A DNA stretch of 64,000 bases from Bryobacteraceae bacterium (GTDB lineage Bacteria > Acidobacteriota > Terriglobia > Bryobacterales > Bryobacteraceae), in the NCBI GenBank assembly GCA_049509915.1, contig JBEKZL010000014.1:2587-66586 (forward strand). Direction: 5' to 3'. Below the pieces are notes generated by a model, which saw only the letters and a list, made by a program, of their open reading frames with translations, ran no database searches and was not told where the DNA came from. Every line of letters starts with the position of its first letter. Position 1 is the first letter of the stretch. Shown piece by piece: positions 9,901 to 18,333 of this stretch. A program made the position numbers and the translations under genes.

Positions 9901-10354
9901 GCGGCCGGAAAAGCAAGACCCGGATTCGTTTGCGACGGGCGTGGATGCGATTGTCGAAGCCGGACGGCGGGTGGCGCTCCAGTACTTCGAAGATGGCAGC
10001 GTGAAAGGCGCCTGCCCGCCGCTGGCGGCGCTGCTCCACATCATGGCGCACGACAACTGGGAAGGACTGGGCATCGACGCGCCGCGGGTGCGCGGGCTCT
10101 TTTCACGCGAGGCCATGCTCGGTAGCGACTGGTATCGCGAAAGGCTGCGCACCAAGCAGCGGCGGGATGAAGCCCTGTGCCGCCGCAACCTGCAGGCGCT
10201 CGAAGCCGCGCGCGATGGCGGCGGCCCACTCGGTTTCGACGTGGAAGCGCGGCTGGCGTTGGCGCGCCAACAACTGGCGCGGGTCTCCTCGGAGCAATAC
10301 GTGGAAGAACTGGTGGGCACGATTGGCGCCGACCCGTTCGCCGGGCAAGTGTAA
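6911..10354 (+). CDS. large (1147 aa) conserved-looking soluble protein of unknown function; candidate PPi-dependent PEP carboxykinase family (hypothesis only)
   Basis: A single uninterrupted ORF with non-repetitive, balanced composition and no signal peptide or TM segment. It contains the motif CTVSGGGKSEISKS. The size matches the ~130-kDa PPi-PEPCK class. Confidence 0.8.
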   Translation: MPVSPPETSTPALFPALRVEELARYINLKLVALGQPSGSPAGGAGFLELARPLLRNYQQKEQLLAGRLCPSDTRIQNFLDGYLAGKCPDGAPRLPSSSFVLDRPGLARILSFPSDADSFRSPYLSSYRVAQGALHNPASDRRTTKGVFHIVEGGLPVPADKLAVPQAAFARLLAEALNPPREMLALPFTAGQTEQAYVFLSLLLRPKVCPAIGCEPGKSMETRFFAPASLVSNLDFVEAIFGNAGDPYLPENDAALDVPHWTGHTGCVILAPHVVGRKKKDLGLPHYDRASERQRRDGMCWRDENEIYNDGLPFKIVCRDFSGVIVTILTDNYFGYCKKEVKSQIGFSANLYGLAEEEHAGGAIAFPSYVLGQDFAADRPFSLRKTSFEDALALLDGLVERKPEGYALDRADPGIFYVPEHARFSVREGTVSWSGGGGEQRITLLPEHVYVLPSGYKVRLEKQYRGTAWRLVGSVPHGTLCHKPCTVSGGGKSEISKSILNMVLHGPVFVRDYFHDFEEVARILERDFSRIHKGAQPQAGTGRPILGPERSLGSVIKLLTPSADYTDEYNEWLRKLPQTIRQLIFTVKRYYRPEWGADWREHFTVDRINGYLGHELKYESQKLVGNYLRVGFDPEGSWRIYKLRPDFRPAEKVQVEDDITASAVVPRARVPHFDAKYPHPSLKLVENCEAYLFQRPDDAVHRGFDAQAEADIATPGTFLSNFQPLGVAEARSLVEHVVEFDQYTAPMQELLRNFVANSTHGYVVSSAHARLVDGKPSKNPRYLERRPDLVDRRGAHLAQMCARLDRAIPAGEPVQFPVNAVLAGRRGNPADASIGLPPLAVYNPIHYQELPELFMDFVASLTGKSPSTTGFGSEGALTKGPFNALWPVVDLNNALVGFILTGYAGFTTAAGWVGPHYRVDHDISMLVPEVWCRIRVEEREPRFLIENGYLEKVEDFDYQGRTVRASRLGYRITDAFAERFLGRIFETPNEVFTEEMVRPEKQDPDSFATGVDAIVEAGRRVALQYFEDGSVKGACPPLAALLHIMAHDNWEGLGIDAPRVRGLFSREAMLGSDWYRERLRTKQRRDEALCRRNLQALEAARDGGGPLGFDVEARLALARQQLARVSSEQYVEELVGTIGADPFAGQV

Positions 10355-10413
10355 ACGGTAGCGCAGGCCGTCGCGCCAGGACAGCAAAACCGCCGCGCGC
10401 TATATTCGACTTG

Positions 10414-11646
10414 ATGAGCACAACACGCCGATCCGCCCTCGCGTCCGCCTTTGCCGGCGCGGGCTTCGCGGCCTTCGATCAGGCCGAAGCGGCCGCCCAG
10501 GAAAAGGCCGGGAACAACGCCCCCATTCCGGCTCGCGACAACTTAAAGGTGACCAAGCTCGAGACTTTTCTGGTGAAGCCGCGATGGCTGTTCCTGAAAG
10601 TCCATACCAATGCCGGGATCGTGGGACTGGGAGAACCGATCACCGAAGGCCGCGCGCTGACGTGCGCCGAAGCGGTCAAGGAGATTGAACCGTACCTGGT
10701 GGGCAAGGACCCGCGGCGGGTGGCGCACCACTGGCAGGCCATCTACCGGCACGCGTTCTACCGCGGCGGCCCCATCCTCACCAGCGCGCTGAGCGGCATC
10801 GACCAGGCGCTGTGGGACATCAAGGGGAAGGCGCTGGGCGTTCCCGTGTACGAGTTGCTGGGCGGCCCAACGCGCGACCGCGTGCGGGTGTACGCCCACG
10901 CCAGCACGGTTGACGACATGAAAAAGGCGCAGGCGCGCGGATTCACGGCCTTCAAAGCGGGGCCGGCCAAGCGACGCCCGGCCCGTTACATCGAGACTCA
11001 GGGCGCGGTGAGCTACGCGGCCGAGCGGTTCGCCGAACTGCGCAAGGCGATGGGGCCGGAGGCCGATATCGCCATCGATTTCCACGGCGCCATCAGCCCG
11101 GCTACGGCCAAGCTGCTGATCAAGGCCCTGGAGCCCTACCAACCCATGTTCATCGAAGAGCCGTGCCAGGCGCAGAACCACGACGTGATGGCGGAGATCG
11201 CACGCGGAACCTTTCTGCCCATCGCCACCGGGGAGCGCGTCTTCACCAAGTGGGGCTTCCGCGAGGTGCTGGAAAAACGCGCCGCCACGGTGCTGCAACC
11301 CGACATGTGCCACGCCGGCGGCATCACGGAAGCACGGCTGATCGCGGGCATGGCCGAAGCCTACTACGCGACGATTGCACCGCATAACCCGCTCGGCCCT
11401 ATTTCACTGGCTGCGGGCGTGCAACTGTCCGCTTCAATCCCCAATTTCCTCTGCCAGGAACAGGTCTCGCTGGGTGAAGGCTATCTCAAGAAGCCGTTCA
11501 CCGTGCGCGACGGGTATCTCGATCTGCCCACCGGTCCGGGCCTCGGCATTGAACTCGACGAGAACGCCATGGCTGACAAACTGACTCACGACTGGCGCAA
11601 CCCGCAAGCCTACGACTCCGAGGATGGGTCGGTGGTGGACTGGTAG
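10414..11646 (+). CDS. dgoD: D-galactonate dehydratase family enolase-superfamily enzyme with an N-terminal twin-arginine signal
   Basis: The core reads KVTKLETFLVKPRWLFLKVHTNAGIVGLGEPITEGRA...GGPILTSALSGIDQALWDIKGKALGVPVYELLGG, which closely parallels E. coli DgoD. The N-terminus MSTTRRSALASAFAGAGFAAFDQAEA is Tat-like. Confidence 0.8.
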   Translation: MSTTRRSALASAFAGAGFAAFDQAEAAAQEKAGNNAPIPARDNLKVTKLETFLVKPRWLFLKVHTNAGIVGLGEPITEGRALTCAEAVKEIEPYLVGKDPRRVAHHWQAIYRHAFYRGGPILTSALSGIDQALWDIKGKALGVPVYELLGGPTRDRVRVYAHASTVDDMKKAQARGFTAFKAGPAKRRPARYIETQGAVSYAAERFAELRKAMGPEADIAIDFHGAISPATAKLLIKALEPYQPMFIEEPCQAQNHDVMAEIARGTFLPIATGERVFTKWGFREVLEKRAATVLQPDMCHAGGITEARLIAGMAEAYYATIAPHNPLGPISLAAGVQLSASIPNFLCQEQVSLGEGYLKKPFTVRDGYLDLPTGPGLGIELDENAMADKLTHDWRNPQAYDSEDGSVVDW

Positions 11647-11653
11647 CACAACG

Positions 11654-11758
11654 GGTGGGGCGGCCCCGTGGCCGGCTTGCCAACGGTGGTGAGCGGTTGT
11701 TTCGGCGGAGAAGAGCGGGTCCAGGGGGACCCGCGCGGACCCGGGGGTCCGCCCCACC
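11654..11758. repeat. 105-bp GC-rich intergenic repeat element with inverted termini (family copy 1)
   Basis: The termini are GGTGGGGCGGCCCCGTGGCCGG ... CCGCGCGGACCCGGGGGTCCGCCCCACC. Its reverse complement matches 29251..29303 almost base for base. Confidence 0.75.
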
Positions 11759-11788
11759 AATGATTTGCGTGCGCCACGCGGGGACGGC

Positions 11789-13984
11789 TCATCCGAGATC
11801 GACGGCGACAGCTTCGTGGATCAGGACTCGGGGGACGGTAAGTTCAATCCAGCCGTTAATCCGCGTGAAGGGGATCCGGTCGCCGGAGCGCAGCAGCGAT
11901 ACCGACTTGGGCTGCGACGGGACTTTGATTCGCACTCTTATATCCAACAACGGAAGGAAGCTTTCTCGCGCGCGGAGATGTTTGTTCTTATTGCCGGTGT
12001 CAGCCAGTAAATGCAGGACGATGGCATTTTTCGAGGCCATCAGATGGGGCGTGAGACCGGGTTGGTATTCAATCTCATAGGAACGCTTCGCTCCGAGATA
12101 GGGCTCGAACAACCTGCCGAACGAGGTCCGTAGGATGGGCATTTCGGCCTCCTCGTAAATCGCTTCGAAGCCGGAGGCGATGTAGATTACTTTGCCGCGG
12201 CCAAGAGTATTGCCGACGCCGGCGGGGCCGATGGTGGCGCGGTGTCCGCGATCGATGGTTTGGGCCAGCACCCTGCCGCCGTTGGCGCGAATGCGCATCA
12301 CTTGGGGATCCTGCGGGATGAGGTCCCCCGTGCGGGCATTCATATAGAGGTCGGGCATCTCGATGGGCTCGGGGTCGAGCAACGAGGCGCCGAACACGTC
12401 GGCGAGGCCGAAATCCGCGCGCACGCGGCCGTACTCGTCGGCGACCGATGTCAGATGAGTGGCGATGAGAGCGCCGCCGTTCCGCACATAGTCGCGCAGC
12501 ATGCCGCACTGCTTCTCGCTGAGGCAGGCGCAGTTAGGGGCGTAGATCATCTGATATTTCGAGAGAAGCTCGGTCGACATGTTCCAGTCGAGAAACGGTT
12601 CGGCCTCGTAGCTGTTGGCCTTCAGCAACCTGTATGCGCCATGGAAGTAATTGGGGTAGGCTCCAGGTACGAAATGTTTGCCGGTATACCAGTCGAGAGT
12701 CTGGCCGCCAACCACGATACCGACCTGCGGCTGCGATGCCAGCGTGCGCAGCAGTGCGTCGTGCTTCTGGGCGAAGTCGAAAATCTCTTTGATGTAACGT
12801 CCGCTCTCGTAGGCCAACGGACCTTGCTGGTTGTAGAAGAAGCGTGACATGCTCCAGTAGACGAGTCCCACGCCGGCGGCAATCGCCGCCGCGCCATCGA
12901 TTAGCAGTTCCTGGCTCTCGACCGGATAGCTGTACCAGCCGCGTACGGTCGAGTCCTTCATGTGTTCGCGGTTGTAATCGGTGTGGCTTCCGACATAAGT
13001 CCAGGTGACTTTGCCGGTGGACTGGCCGAGTTGCATGTTGAACAACTTCTCTTCCGGTGTTTCGGCGGCTTCGAACATGAAGCCGTCGGCGACCGGAATG
13101 GCGCGGCTGCGCCAACCGCGGCGGCCGAGCAGCGAACTGTCGTTGAACAGGACCGGAACGTCGCGCGTCCGGCGAATCATCTCGCGGATCTCGGCGAAAA
13201 ATCCGATTACGACGTCGTTGGCCATCCAGTTCTGATACTCGATGTCATCGTCGAGCGAAATGCCCTGGTCGGGGATGGCCTTGCCGAATTTTTTCCGGTA
13301 AGCCGCCTGGCAGTATGGGCAGTGGCAGAAATCGCGGCCGTGATCCATGCCCTGATAAGGGCCGTCGAAGTACATCACGTCGACTGCGTATTGGGTGAGC
13401 ACCTCGCGCACCAGCGTGCGGATCACCGCGCGCAGGGGCGAATTGAGACAGCCTTCGAAAAAGGTCGCCCAGCCGTAGTGGCTGGTGATCATGGGCCGGC
13501 CGTCGGCGAATTTCTTGCTCCAATCGGCATAGCGGGGGTCGGTCGAAGTGGAGTCCATGAAGGGGTGATTCAAGGGCATGTAGGCGACTACGCGGAGTCC
13601 GGCCTGTTTCGCGAGTTCGACCGTCTCGCGCATGGGATCGCCTTTGAGTTCGGGATGGATGGGATAGCCCGACTTGGTCGGGAAGTAGGCGAAATAGGAG
13701 GCGGAGGGGTAGCGCAGGGCGTCGGCGTTGAGGTCGCGGGCGATATCGACGGCCTTCCTCGCCTGGTAATCGAGTGAGGGATAGAAGGGCGGGTTGTAGG
13801 CCTCGGCGATCAGAATGCGCGGGTTGCGAATCCATTCATAGGTAGACATTCCGGCGGGCGCGGCGTGAGATTCTGGGATGTCGAGCCGCGCGGCGGCGGC
13901 AATCAAGGCGGATTGCCGCAGGAGTTCGCGGCGAGTGACGATCTTCGTGCGTGGCTCGGCAGCGGCGGCGCGGATTATTTCCAT
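11789..13984 (-). CDS. Tat-exported glycoside-hydrolase-like protein (GH42 / beta-galactosidase-trimerisation-domain-like)
   Basis: 731 aa. The N-terminus TRRELLRQSALIAAAARL is a Tat motif. It is followed by a TIM-barrel-like region and a class-I glutamine-amidotransferase-like C-terminal half. The family call is from memory. Confidence 0.7.
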   Translation of the reverse strand: MEIIRAAAAEPRTKIVTRRELLRQSALIAAAARLDIPESHAAPAGMSTYEWIRNPRILIAEAYNPPFYPSLDYQARKAVDIARDLNADALRYPSASYFAYFPTKSGYPIHPELKGDPMRETVELAKQAGLRVVAYMPLNHPFMDSTSTDPRYADWSKKFADGRPMITSHYGWATFFEGCLNSPLRAVIRTLVREVLTQYAVDVMYFDGPYQGMDHGRDFCHCPYCQAAYRKKFGKAIPDQGISLDDDIEYQNWMANDVVIGFFAEIREMIRRTRDVPVLFNDSSLLGRRGWRSRAIPVADGFMFEAAETPEEKLFNMQLGQSTGKVTWTYVGSHTDYNREHMKDSTVRGWYSYPVESQELLIDGAAAIAAGVGLVYWSMSRFFYNQQGPLAYESGRYIKEIFDFAQKHDALLRTLASQPQVGIVVGGQTLDWYTGKHFVPGAYPNYFHGAYRLLKANSYEAEPFLDWNMSTELLSKYQMIYAPNCACLSEKQCGMLRDYVRNGGALIATHLTSVADEYGRVRADFGLADVFGASLLDPEPIEMPDLYMNARTGDLIPQDPQVMRIRANGGRVLAQTIDRGHRATIGPAGVGNTLGRGKVIYIASGFEAIYEEAEMPILRTSFGRLFEPYLGAKRSYEIEYQPGLTPHLMASKNAIVLHLLADTGNKNKHLRARESFLPLLDIRVRIKVPSQPKSVSLLRSGDRIPFTRINGWIELTVPRVLIHEAVAVDLG

Positions 13985-14065
13985 TTCTACACCTTACCAG
14001 CCAGCCGCGGGCGGGCGTGCTAGCCCCCATCTTCCACCGATGCCGAGAACACCTAGAATGGAGGC

Positions 14066-14305
14066 ATGGATTGGTCTGATTGCCCTTTGGTCGAAGTGAT
14101 TCCAGGCAAGGTCAGCGGTGTACCGCTGCTCAAGAACACGCGCTTGCCGGTGGAGGCAATCACCGGAAATTACGACGCCTTCCGCGATGAGGGATTACCC
14201 GCGGACTCCGCCATAGCTGAAACCCTCGATTGCTACCCGGGAGCAGGGTTTGAAACGATCATAGCGATTCTCGACTATCGTGCCGCCCACCAGGCGCAGC
14301 CTTGA
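14066..14305 (+). CDS. DUF433 family protein (putative antitoxin)
   Basis: 79 aa. GKVSGVPLLKNTRLPVEAI is typical of the DUF433/COG2442 HTH-like fold. Its stop overlaps the next start (TTGA). Confidence 0.75.
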   Translation: MDWSDCPLVEVIPGKVSGVPLLKNTRLPVEAITGNYDAFRDEGLPADSAIAETLDCYPGAGFETIIAILDYRAAHQAQP

Positions 14306-14664
14306 AGATTCTGTTCGACGAGGACGTGCCCCGGAAGCCTGCCCGAGCGTTGCCCAGGCATGAAATCCATACCGTGGTCAGCATGCGATGGGGCGGCGTC
14401 AAGAACGGCGCGTTGCTAACGTTGATCGAGCGCGAACGCTTCGACGTTTTCCTCACCGGTGACAAGAACATGCAAAACCAGCAGCGGCTCGAAGGCCGTC
14501 CGTTTGCCGTGCTGATTATGTCCGCGATCAACTGGCCAGTGGTCAGGCCCCATGTTCACAAGATTGCTCTGGCGTTAGATAGCGCGCGGCCCGGCACGGT
14601 GAACACGATAGATTGCGGCGTCTTCGTTCCGCGTCCCACACGCACGTCGAGCGAAAGTGAGTAA
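14302..14664 (+). CDS. DUF5615 / PIN-like (COG4634-type) protein (putative toxin)
   Basis: 120 aa starting MKILFDEDVP with ...VFLTGDKN. It is translationally coupled to the DUF433 gene. Confidence 0.7.
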   Translation: MKILFDEDVPRKPARALPRHEIHTVVSMRWGGVKNGALLTLIERERFDVFLTGDKNMQNQQRLEGRPFAVLIMSAINWPVVRPHVHKIALALDSARPGTVNTIDCGVFVPRPTRTSSESE

Positions 14665-14854
14665 GTGCCGTCCCATATTGGGTCGCCTGTGCAACAAGAC
14701 GAATAGCACTGTTTATACTTCTGGCAGCTTATCCCGCCATAATCGGCAGCACGAGCGCGAGGAGCCACGAAACGGGCATCACCAGAAAGATGAGGAAAAC
14801 TGACGTACCGTGGACATTAAATCTCTCGACCGAGCTGGCTGCCAACGCCACCAC

Positions 14855-15118
14855 TCACGGAGCAGCAAAGACTATTCCGGCTGCTTTTCGTCGGGTGCCT
14901 GCGGGGAACTGTTTGGCCCAGCCGATTACAGCAACAAACGATAAGACGATGCCGACCAACAGGGCCCAAATGAACCACCCAAAGTGGCTGCTCAGGAAGT
15001 CGAACCTGAAGTGGGCGGCATCCCCTACGTAGCCGGCGCCAACACCAATCACGATCAGAACGACGCCGACAAATATGCCAATCGTCCAGAATGAAGACTT
15101 GCGCCCGGTGCTTTCCAT
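14855..15118 (-). CDS. small membrane protein (3 predicted TM helices)
   Basis: 87 aa, with hydrophobic helices IGIFVGVVLIVIGVGAGYV and WFIWALLVGIVLSFVAVIGW. Confidence 0.45.
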   Translation of the reverse strand: MESTGRKSSFWTIGIFVGVVLIVIGVGAGYVGDAAHFRFDFLSSHFGWFIWALLVGIVLSFVAVIGWAKQFPAGTRRKAAGIVFAAP

Positions 15119-15333
15119 CTCATAAGAATCATCTCATCTCATGGGCCTCGTTCGCTGTTTCACGCCAGCCATTGCAACGCTACCGGCCGGGGGCTATCCT
15201 TGTGCTTCGTATAGGGTGGCGGCGGGCCGGACCAAGCCCGCGCCGCCCGGAATCGGAGCTTATGGGTTTCCCTAGTTCGACTCCGCCGGTGGAGAGCCAC
15301 GAACTCCGCCAGCGTTCCGCGCACGAGGGTCCG

Positions 15334-16491
15334 ATGACCTCGCGAGAGCGGCTTCTCACGGCGCTTGCCGGGAAAGTTCCGGATCGCCTTCCGGTCACCA
15401 CACACCATGTGCTGACCTGCTTTCTTCAGGAGCACTTCGGCGGGCGGTCGAGCCGCGAGTTCTTCGATTGGTACGGCCTCGACGCCATCACCTGGACGGT
15501 GCCGCACCTTCCGCACGCCGACAACGGCGAATATCCCGACCCCTTGCAGGCGGAGCCTGGGTTCCTCGAGAGCCGGCGCGTGGCGTCGCTCGGTTGGCAC
15601 GTGGAGTTCGAAGAGCTGCCCGGCCGGGACCGCAAGACCACGCGCTATCGTTTCGTGACCCCGAAGGGGACGCTCAGCATGGTGACCGAAGACGACGGCC
15701 GCTCCACATGGGTGGCCGAACCGCTCATCAAGCAAAAGCGCGATATCGACCTCATCGGCGAGTTCGCCACGGCTCCCAGGTGCGATGTCGAAGCCGTGAA
15801 CCGGGAGGCCGAAGCATTTGGAGACCGGGGCATCGTCCGCGGCCACATCTGCGCTTTCGACGTTTTCGGCCAGCCGGGATGCTGGCAGGATGCCTGCTGT
15901 CTGGCCGGAACCGAGAAGCTCATCCTGGCTGCGCACGACGACCCGGAGTGGGTACACGAGTTGCTGCGAATTCTTCAGCGGCGCAAGATCGTTTTCATCC
16001 GGTCGCTGAAAAGCGCCCGCTACGACGTGCTGGAGCTGGGCGGCGGCGACGCTTCTTCCACCGTCATCTCGCCGCGCATGTTCGACCAGTTCGTGGCGCC
16101 CTACGATTCCGAGTTGATCGCCGAAGCGCACCTGGCCGGCCAGCGCATCGTCTACCACACCTGCGGTGGCATGATGGCGATGCTGGAGCGAATCGCCGCC
16201 ATGCGGCCCGACGCCATGGAGACTTTCACCCCGCCCGCCATGGGAGGCGACACGGTTCTTGCCGAGGCCAAGCGCCGCGTGGGCGCGAAGGTCTGCATGA
16301 TCGGCGGTTTCGACCAGTTCCATTTCTTCGTGGGCTGCTCGCCGGACCAGACTCGGGCAGCCGTCCGCCGGTGCTTCGCCGAAGCCGGCGCCAACGGCGG
16401 CTACATTCTGAGCCCTTCGGATCATTTCTTCGATGCCGAACCCGAACTGATCGCGGCCTTCGCCGATGAAGCGCGAAAGTGTGTTTACTGA
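15334..16491 (+). CDS. uroporphyrinogen decarboxylase (URO-D) family protein
   Basis: MTSRERLLTALAGKVPDRLPV is a typical URO-D family N-terminus, and the C-terminus reads GGYILSPSDHFFDAEPE. In-frame ATGs at 15262 and 15091 are less likely starts. Confidence 0.75.
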   Translation: MTSRERLLTALAGKVPDRLPVTTHHVLTCFLQEHFGGRSSREFFDWYGLDAITWTVPHLPHADNGEYPDPLQAEPGFLESRRVASLGWHVEFEELPGRDRKTTRYRFVTPKGTLSMVTEDDGRSTWVAEPLIKQKRDIDLIGEFATAPRCDVEAVNREAEAFGDRGIVRGHICAFDVFGQPGCWQDACCLAGTEKLILAAHDDPEWVHELLRILQRRKIVFIRSLKSARYDVLELGGGDASSTVISPRMFDQFVAPYDSELIAEAHLAGQRIVYHTCGGMMAMLERIAAMRPDAMETFTPPAMGGDTVLAEAKRRVGAKVCMIGGFDQFHFFVGCSPDQTRAAVRRCFAEAGANGGYILSPSDHFFDAEPELIAAFADEARKCVY

Positions 16492-17472
16492 ATGCCGGCC
16501 GGGTTGATACTAGTAATTTTCGGCGGGCTGATGAACGGCAGCTTCGCCACGCCCATGAAGGGGATTCGCGGCTGGCAGTGGGAACACACCTGGCTGGTGT
16601 GGTCGGTCACGGGCCTGGTTGTCCTGCCGGGTTGCGCCGCGCTGGCGACGGTGGTGCGGCCGTGGCACGTGTATGCCGCCGCGGCGCCGGAGTCGGTGGC
16701 GATTGTGGTCCTGTTCGGGTCGCTGTGGGGCATCAGTTCGATTCTGTTCGGGCTGGGCGTGAGCCGGGTCGGATTGGCGATCGGATTCGGTGTGATCATC
16801 GGCATCTCGTCCATTCTGGGATCGTTAGTCCCGCTGATTTTCCTGCATCCGGAGTCTCTGTGGCGGCCGGCGGGGCTGCTCACCATGGTCGGCGTCCTGC
16901 TGCTCGGGAGCGGCGTGGCGTCGAGCGCCATCGCCGGGCGGAGCCGCGGTGCCTCCATTTCGGTGACGCGCGGCGGTCTCGCCATCTGCGTGCTGAGCGG
17001 ATTGGGCGCGCCGATGGTCAACTTCGGGCTGGCGTTTGGCGCCGGCATCGTCGCCAGCGCCGAGAAGACAGGTACAGCGCCGGTGCACGCCCTGAATGCC
17101 ATCTGGCCTCTGCTGCTGAGCGGAGCCTTTCTTAGCAACGCGGGTTATTGCCTCTACCTCATGCGCCGGAAATCGGGATTCCGGGCCTTCCGCCAGCCTC
17201 GCGCCGCCGCCAACTTTGCCTTATCCGCCCTGATGGGCGCGCTGTGGATGGGCAGCAACCTGGCCTATGGGTATGGAACCTCCCGCCTCGGTCCGTTGGG
17301 GCTGGTCCTGGGATGGCCGATCATGATGGCCTGCGTGGTTCTGACTGCCAACGGATGGGGCGTGGCGACCGGAGAATGGCGGAACGCGAGGCCGCGCTCG
17401 AAGCGATGGATGGCGGCAGGTGTGATACTGCTCGTCGCGGGAGTGGCGGTCATTGGCAGCGCCGCAATGTAG
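16492..17472 (+). CDS. L-rhamnose/proton symporter (RhaT) family transporter
   Basis: 326 aa with about 10 TM segments. The N-terminus GLILVIFGGLMNGSFATPMKGIRGWQWEHTWLVWSV parallels RhaT. The start directly abuts the previous stop. Confidence 0.75.
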   Translation: MPAGLILVIFGGLMNGSFATPMKGIRGWQWEHTWLVWSVTGLVVLPGCAALATVVRPWHVYAAAAPESVAIVVLFGSLWGISSILFGLGVSRVGLAIGFGVIIGISSILGSLVPLIFLHPESLWRPAGLLTMVGVLLLGSGVASSAIAGRSRGASISVTRGGLAICVLSGLGAPMVNFGLAFGAGIVASAEKTGTAPVHALNAIWPLLLSGAFLSNAGYCLYLMRRKSGFRAFRQPRAAANFALSALMGALWMGSNLAYGYGTSRLGPLGLVLGWPIMMACVVLTANGWGVATGEWRNARPRSKRWMAAGVILLVAGVAVIGSAAM

Positions 17473-17490
17473 CGGGCGCGGCGTTTTCAA

Positions 17491-18184
17491 TCAGCTCGAT
17501 GCGGCTGCCGGCCAGTCCAGACCCTCCAGTTGGTCAACGAGAAACCGCCGCATTGCCACCACGGTGGCTCCGGCGCGCATGAGGGTGACTCCGTCCTCGA
17601 TCGAAGCCACGCCGCCGGAAGCCTTGATGCCGAGCGTGGGGCCGACCGTTTCGCGGATCAAGCCGATGTCGTGTACGGTGGCGCGGCCCGGTCCGAAACC
17701 GGTGCAGGTCTTGATGAAGTCCGCGCCGCTATCGAGAACCAACCTCGCAGATGTCCCGCGCGACGCGGGCATAATCGCCCGCCTTGAAGGCGGCGATGTT
17801 CATCACCATGTCCATGTCGGTGGCGCCGCGGCGAAGTCCCTCTTCGGCCTCCAGGCACTTGACACGCGTGGTTTGACCGCCGCCCGGGAAGGAAATCGGG
17901 ATCTGCGCCCGCACCGGCGAACCTTTCAACTCGTCCACCAGGGCGCCCAAATGTTGCGGAAAGGCCACTACTGCACGAAAGCCGTAGTTCCTGGCGGCAC
18001 GGCAGGCGGCCCGTGCCTCTTCCTCGCTGGCCGTAATGGTAAGCGCTTCCGAATAGTCGATCGCGGCTACCAGGCGGCCAATTTCTTCCGATGTGATCGA
18101 GTGCATACGCTCCGATGATAACGCCTCGTATTCGAACCGCCAAAACAGAGGGGCAGGCCCAATCGCGCATTCCGCGCAAATCAC
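17491..18184 (-). pseudogene. deoC: deoxyribose-phosphate aldolase (DeoC)-like gene split across two frames with an internal deletion
   Basis: The N-terminal half (frame a) reads ...FPGGGQTTRVKCLEAEEGLRRGATDMDMVMNIAAFKAGDYARVARDICEV and stops at 17729. The C-terminal half (frame b) reads LVLDSGADFIKTCTGFGPG...GIKASGGV. The segment that normally carries the KVIxE strand is absent. Confidence 0.6.
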
Positions 18185-18333
18185 CGGCGTGGAGTAGTGA
18201 ATGCAAGATTCTCGTCAATGTATGGTGAGTCTCAACATATCATGGCCAAGCTTATGGTGTCGCGGCTCCGCAATCGCCTGGTGGTCATCTTCGTCGGTGC
18301 TGTTCCCATCGCGCCGGCAGGAGCCCTGCCGCG

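Noticed and set aside
10543-11385. 280-aa antisense ORF within the dgoD-like gene. Similar cases are 35990..36664, 38311..38922, 43499..44071, 44528..45325, 52182..53039, 58587..59447 and 60455..61339.
   Set aside because: All are opposite-strand shadows of genes with strong family signatures. Their composition is biased and they have no RBS.
15160-16425. 421-aa ORF on the minus strand, and the 333-aa +2 frame ORF at 15468..16469
   Set aside because: They overlap the URO-D-family gene, whose translation has clear family sense. The alternatives are Arg/Ala/Pro low-complexity sequence.
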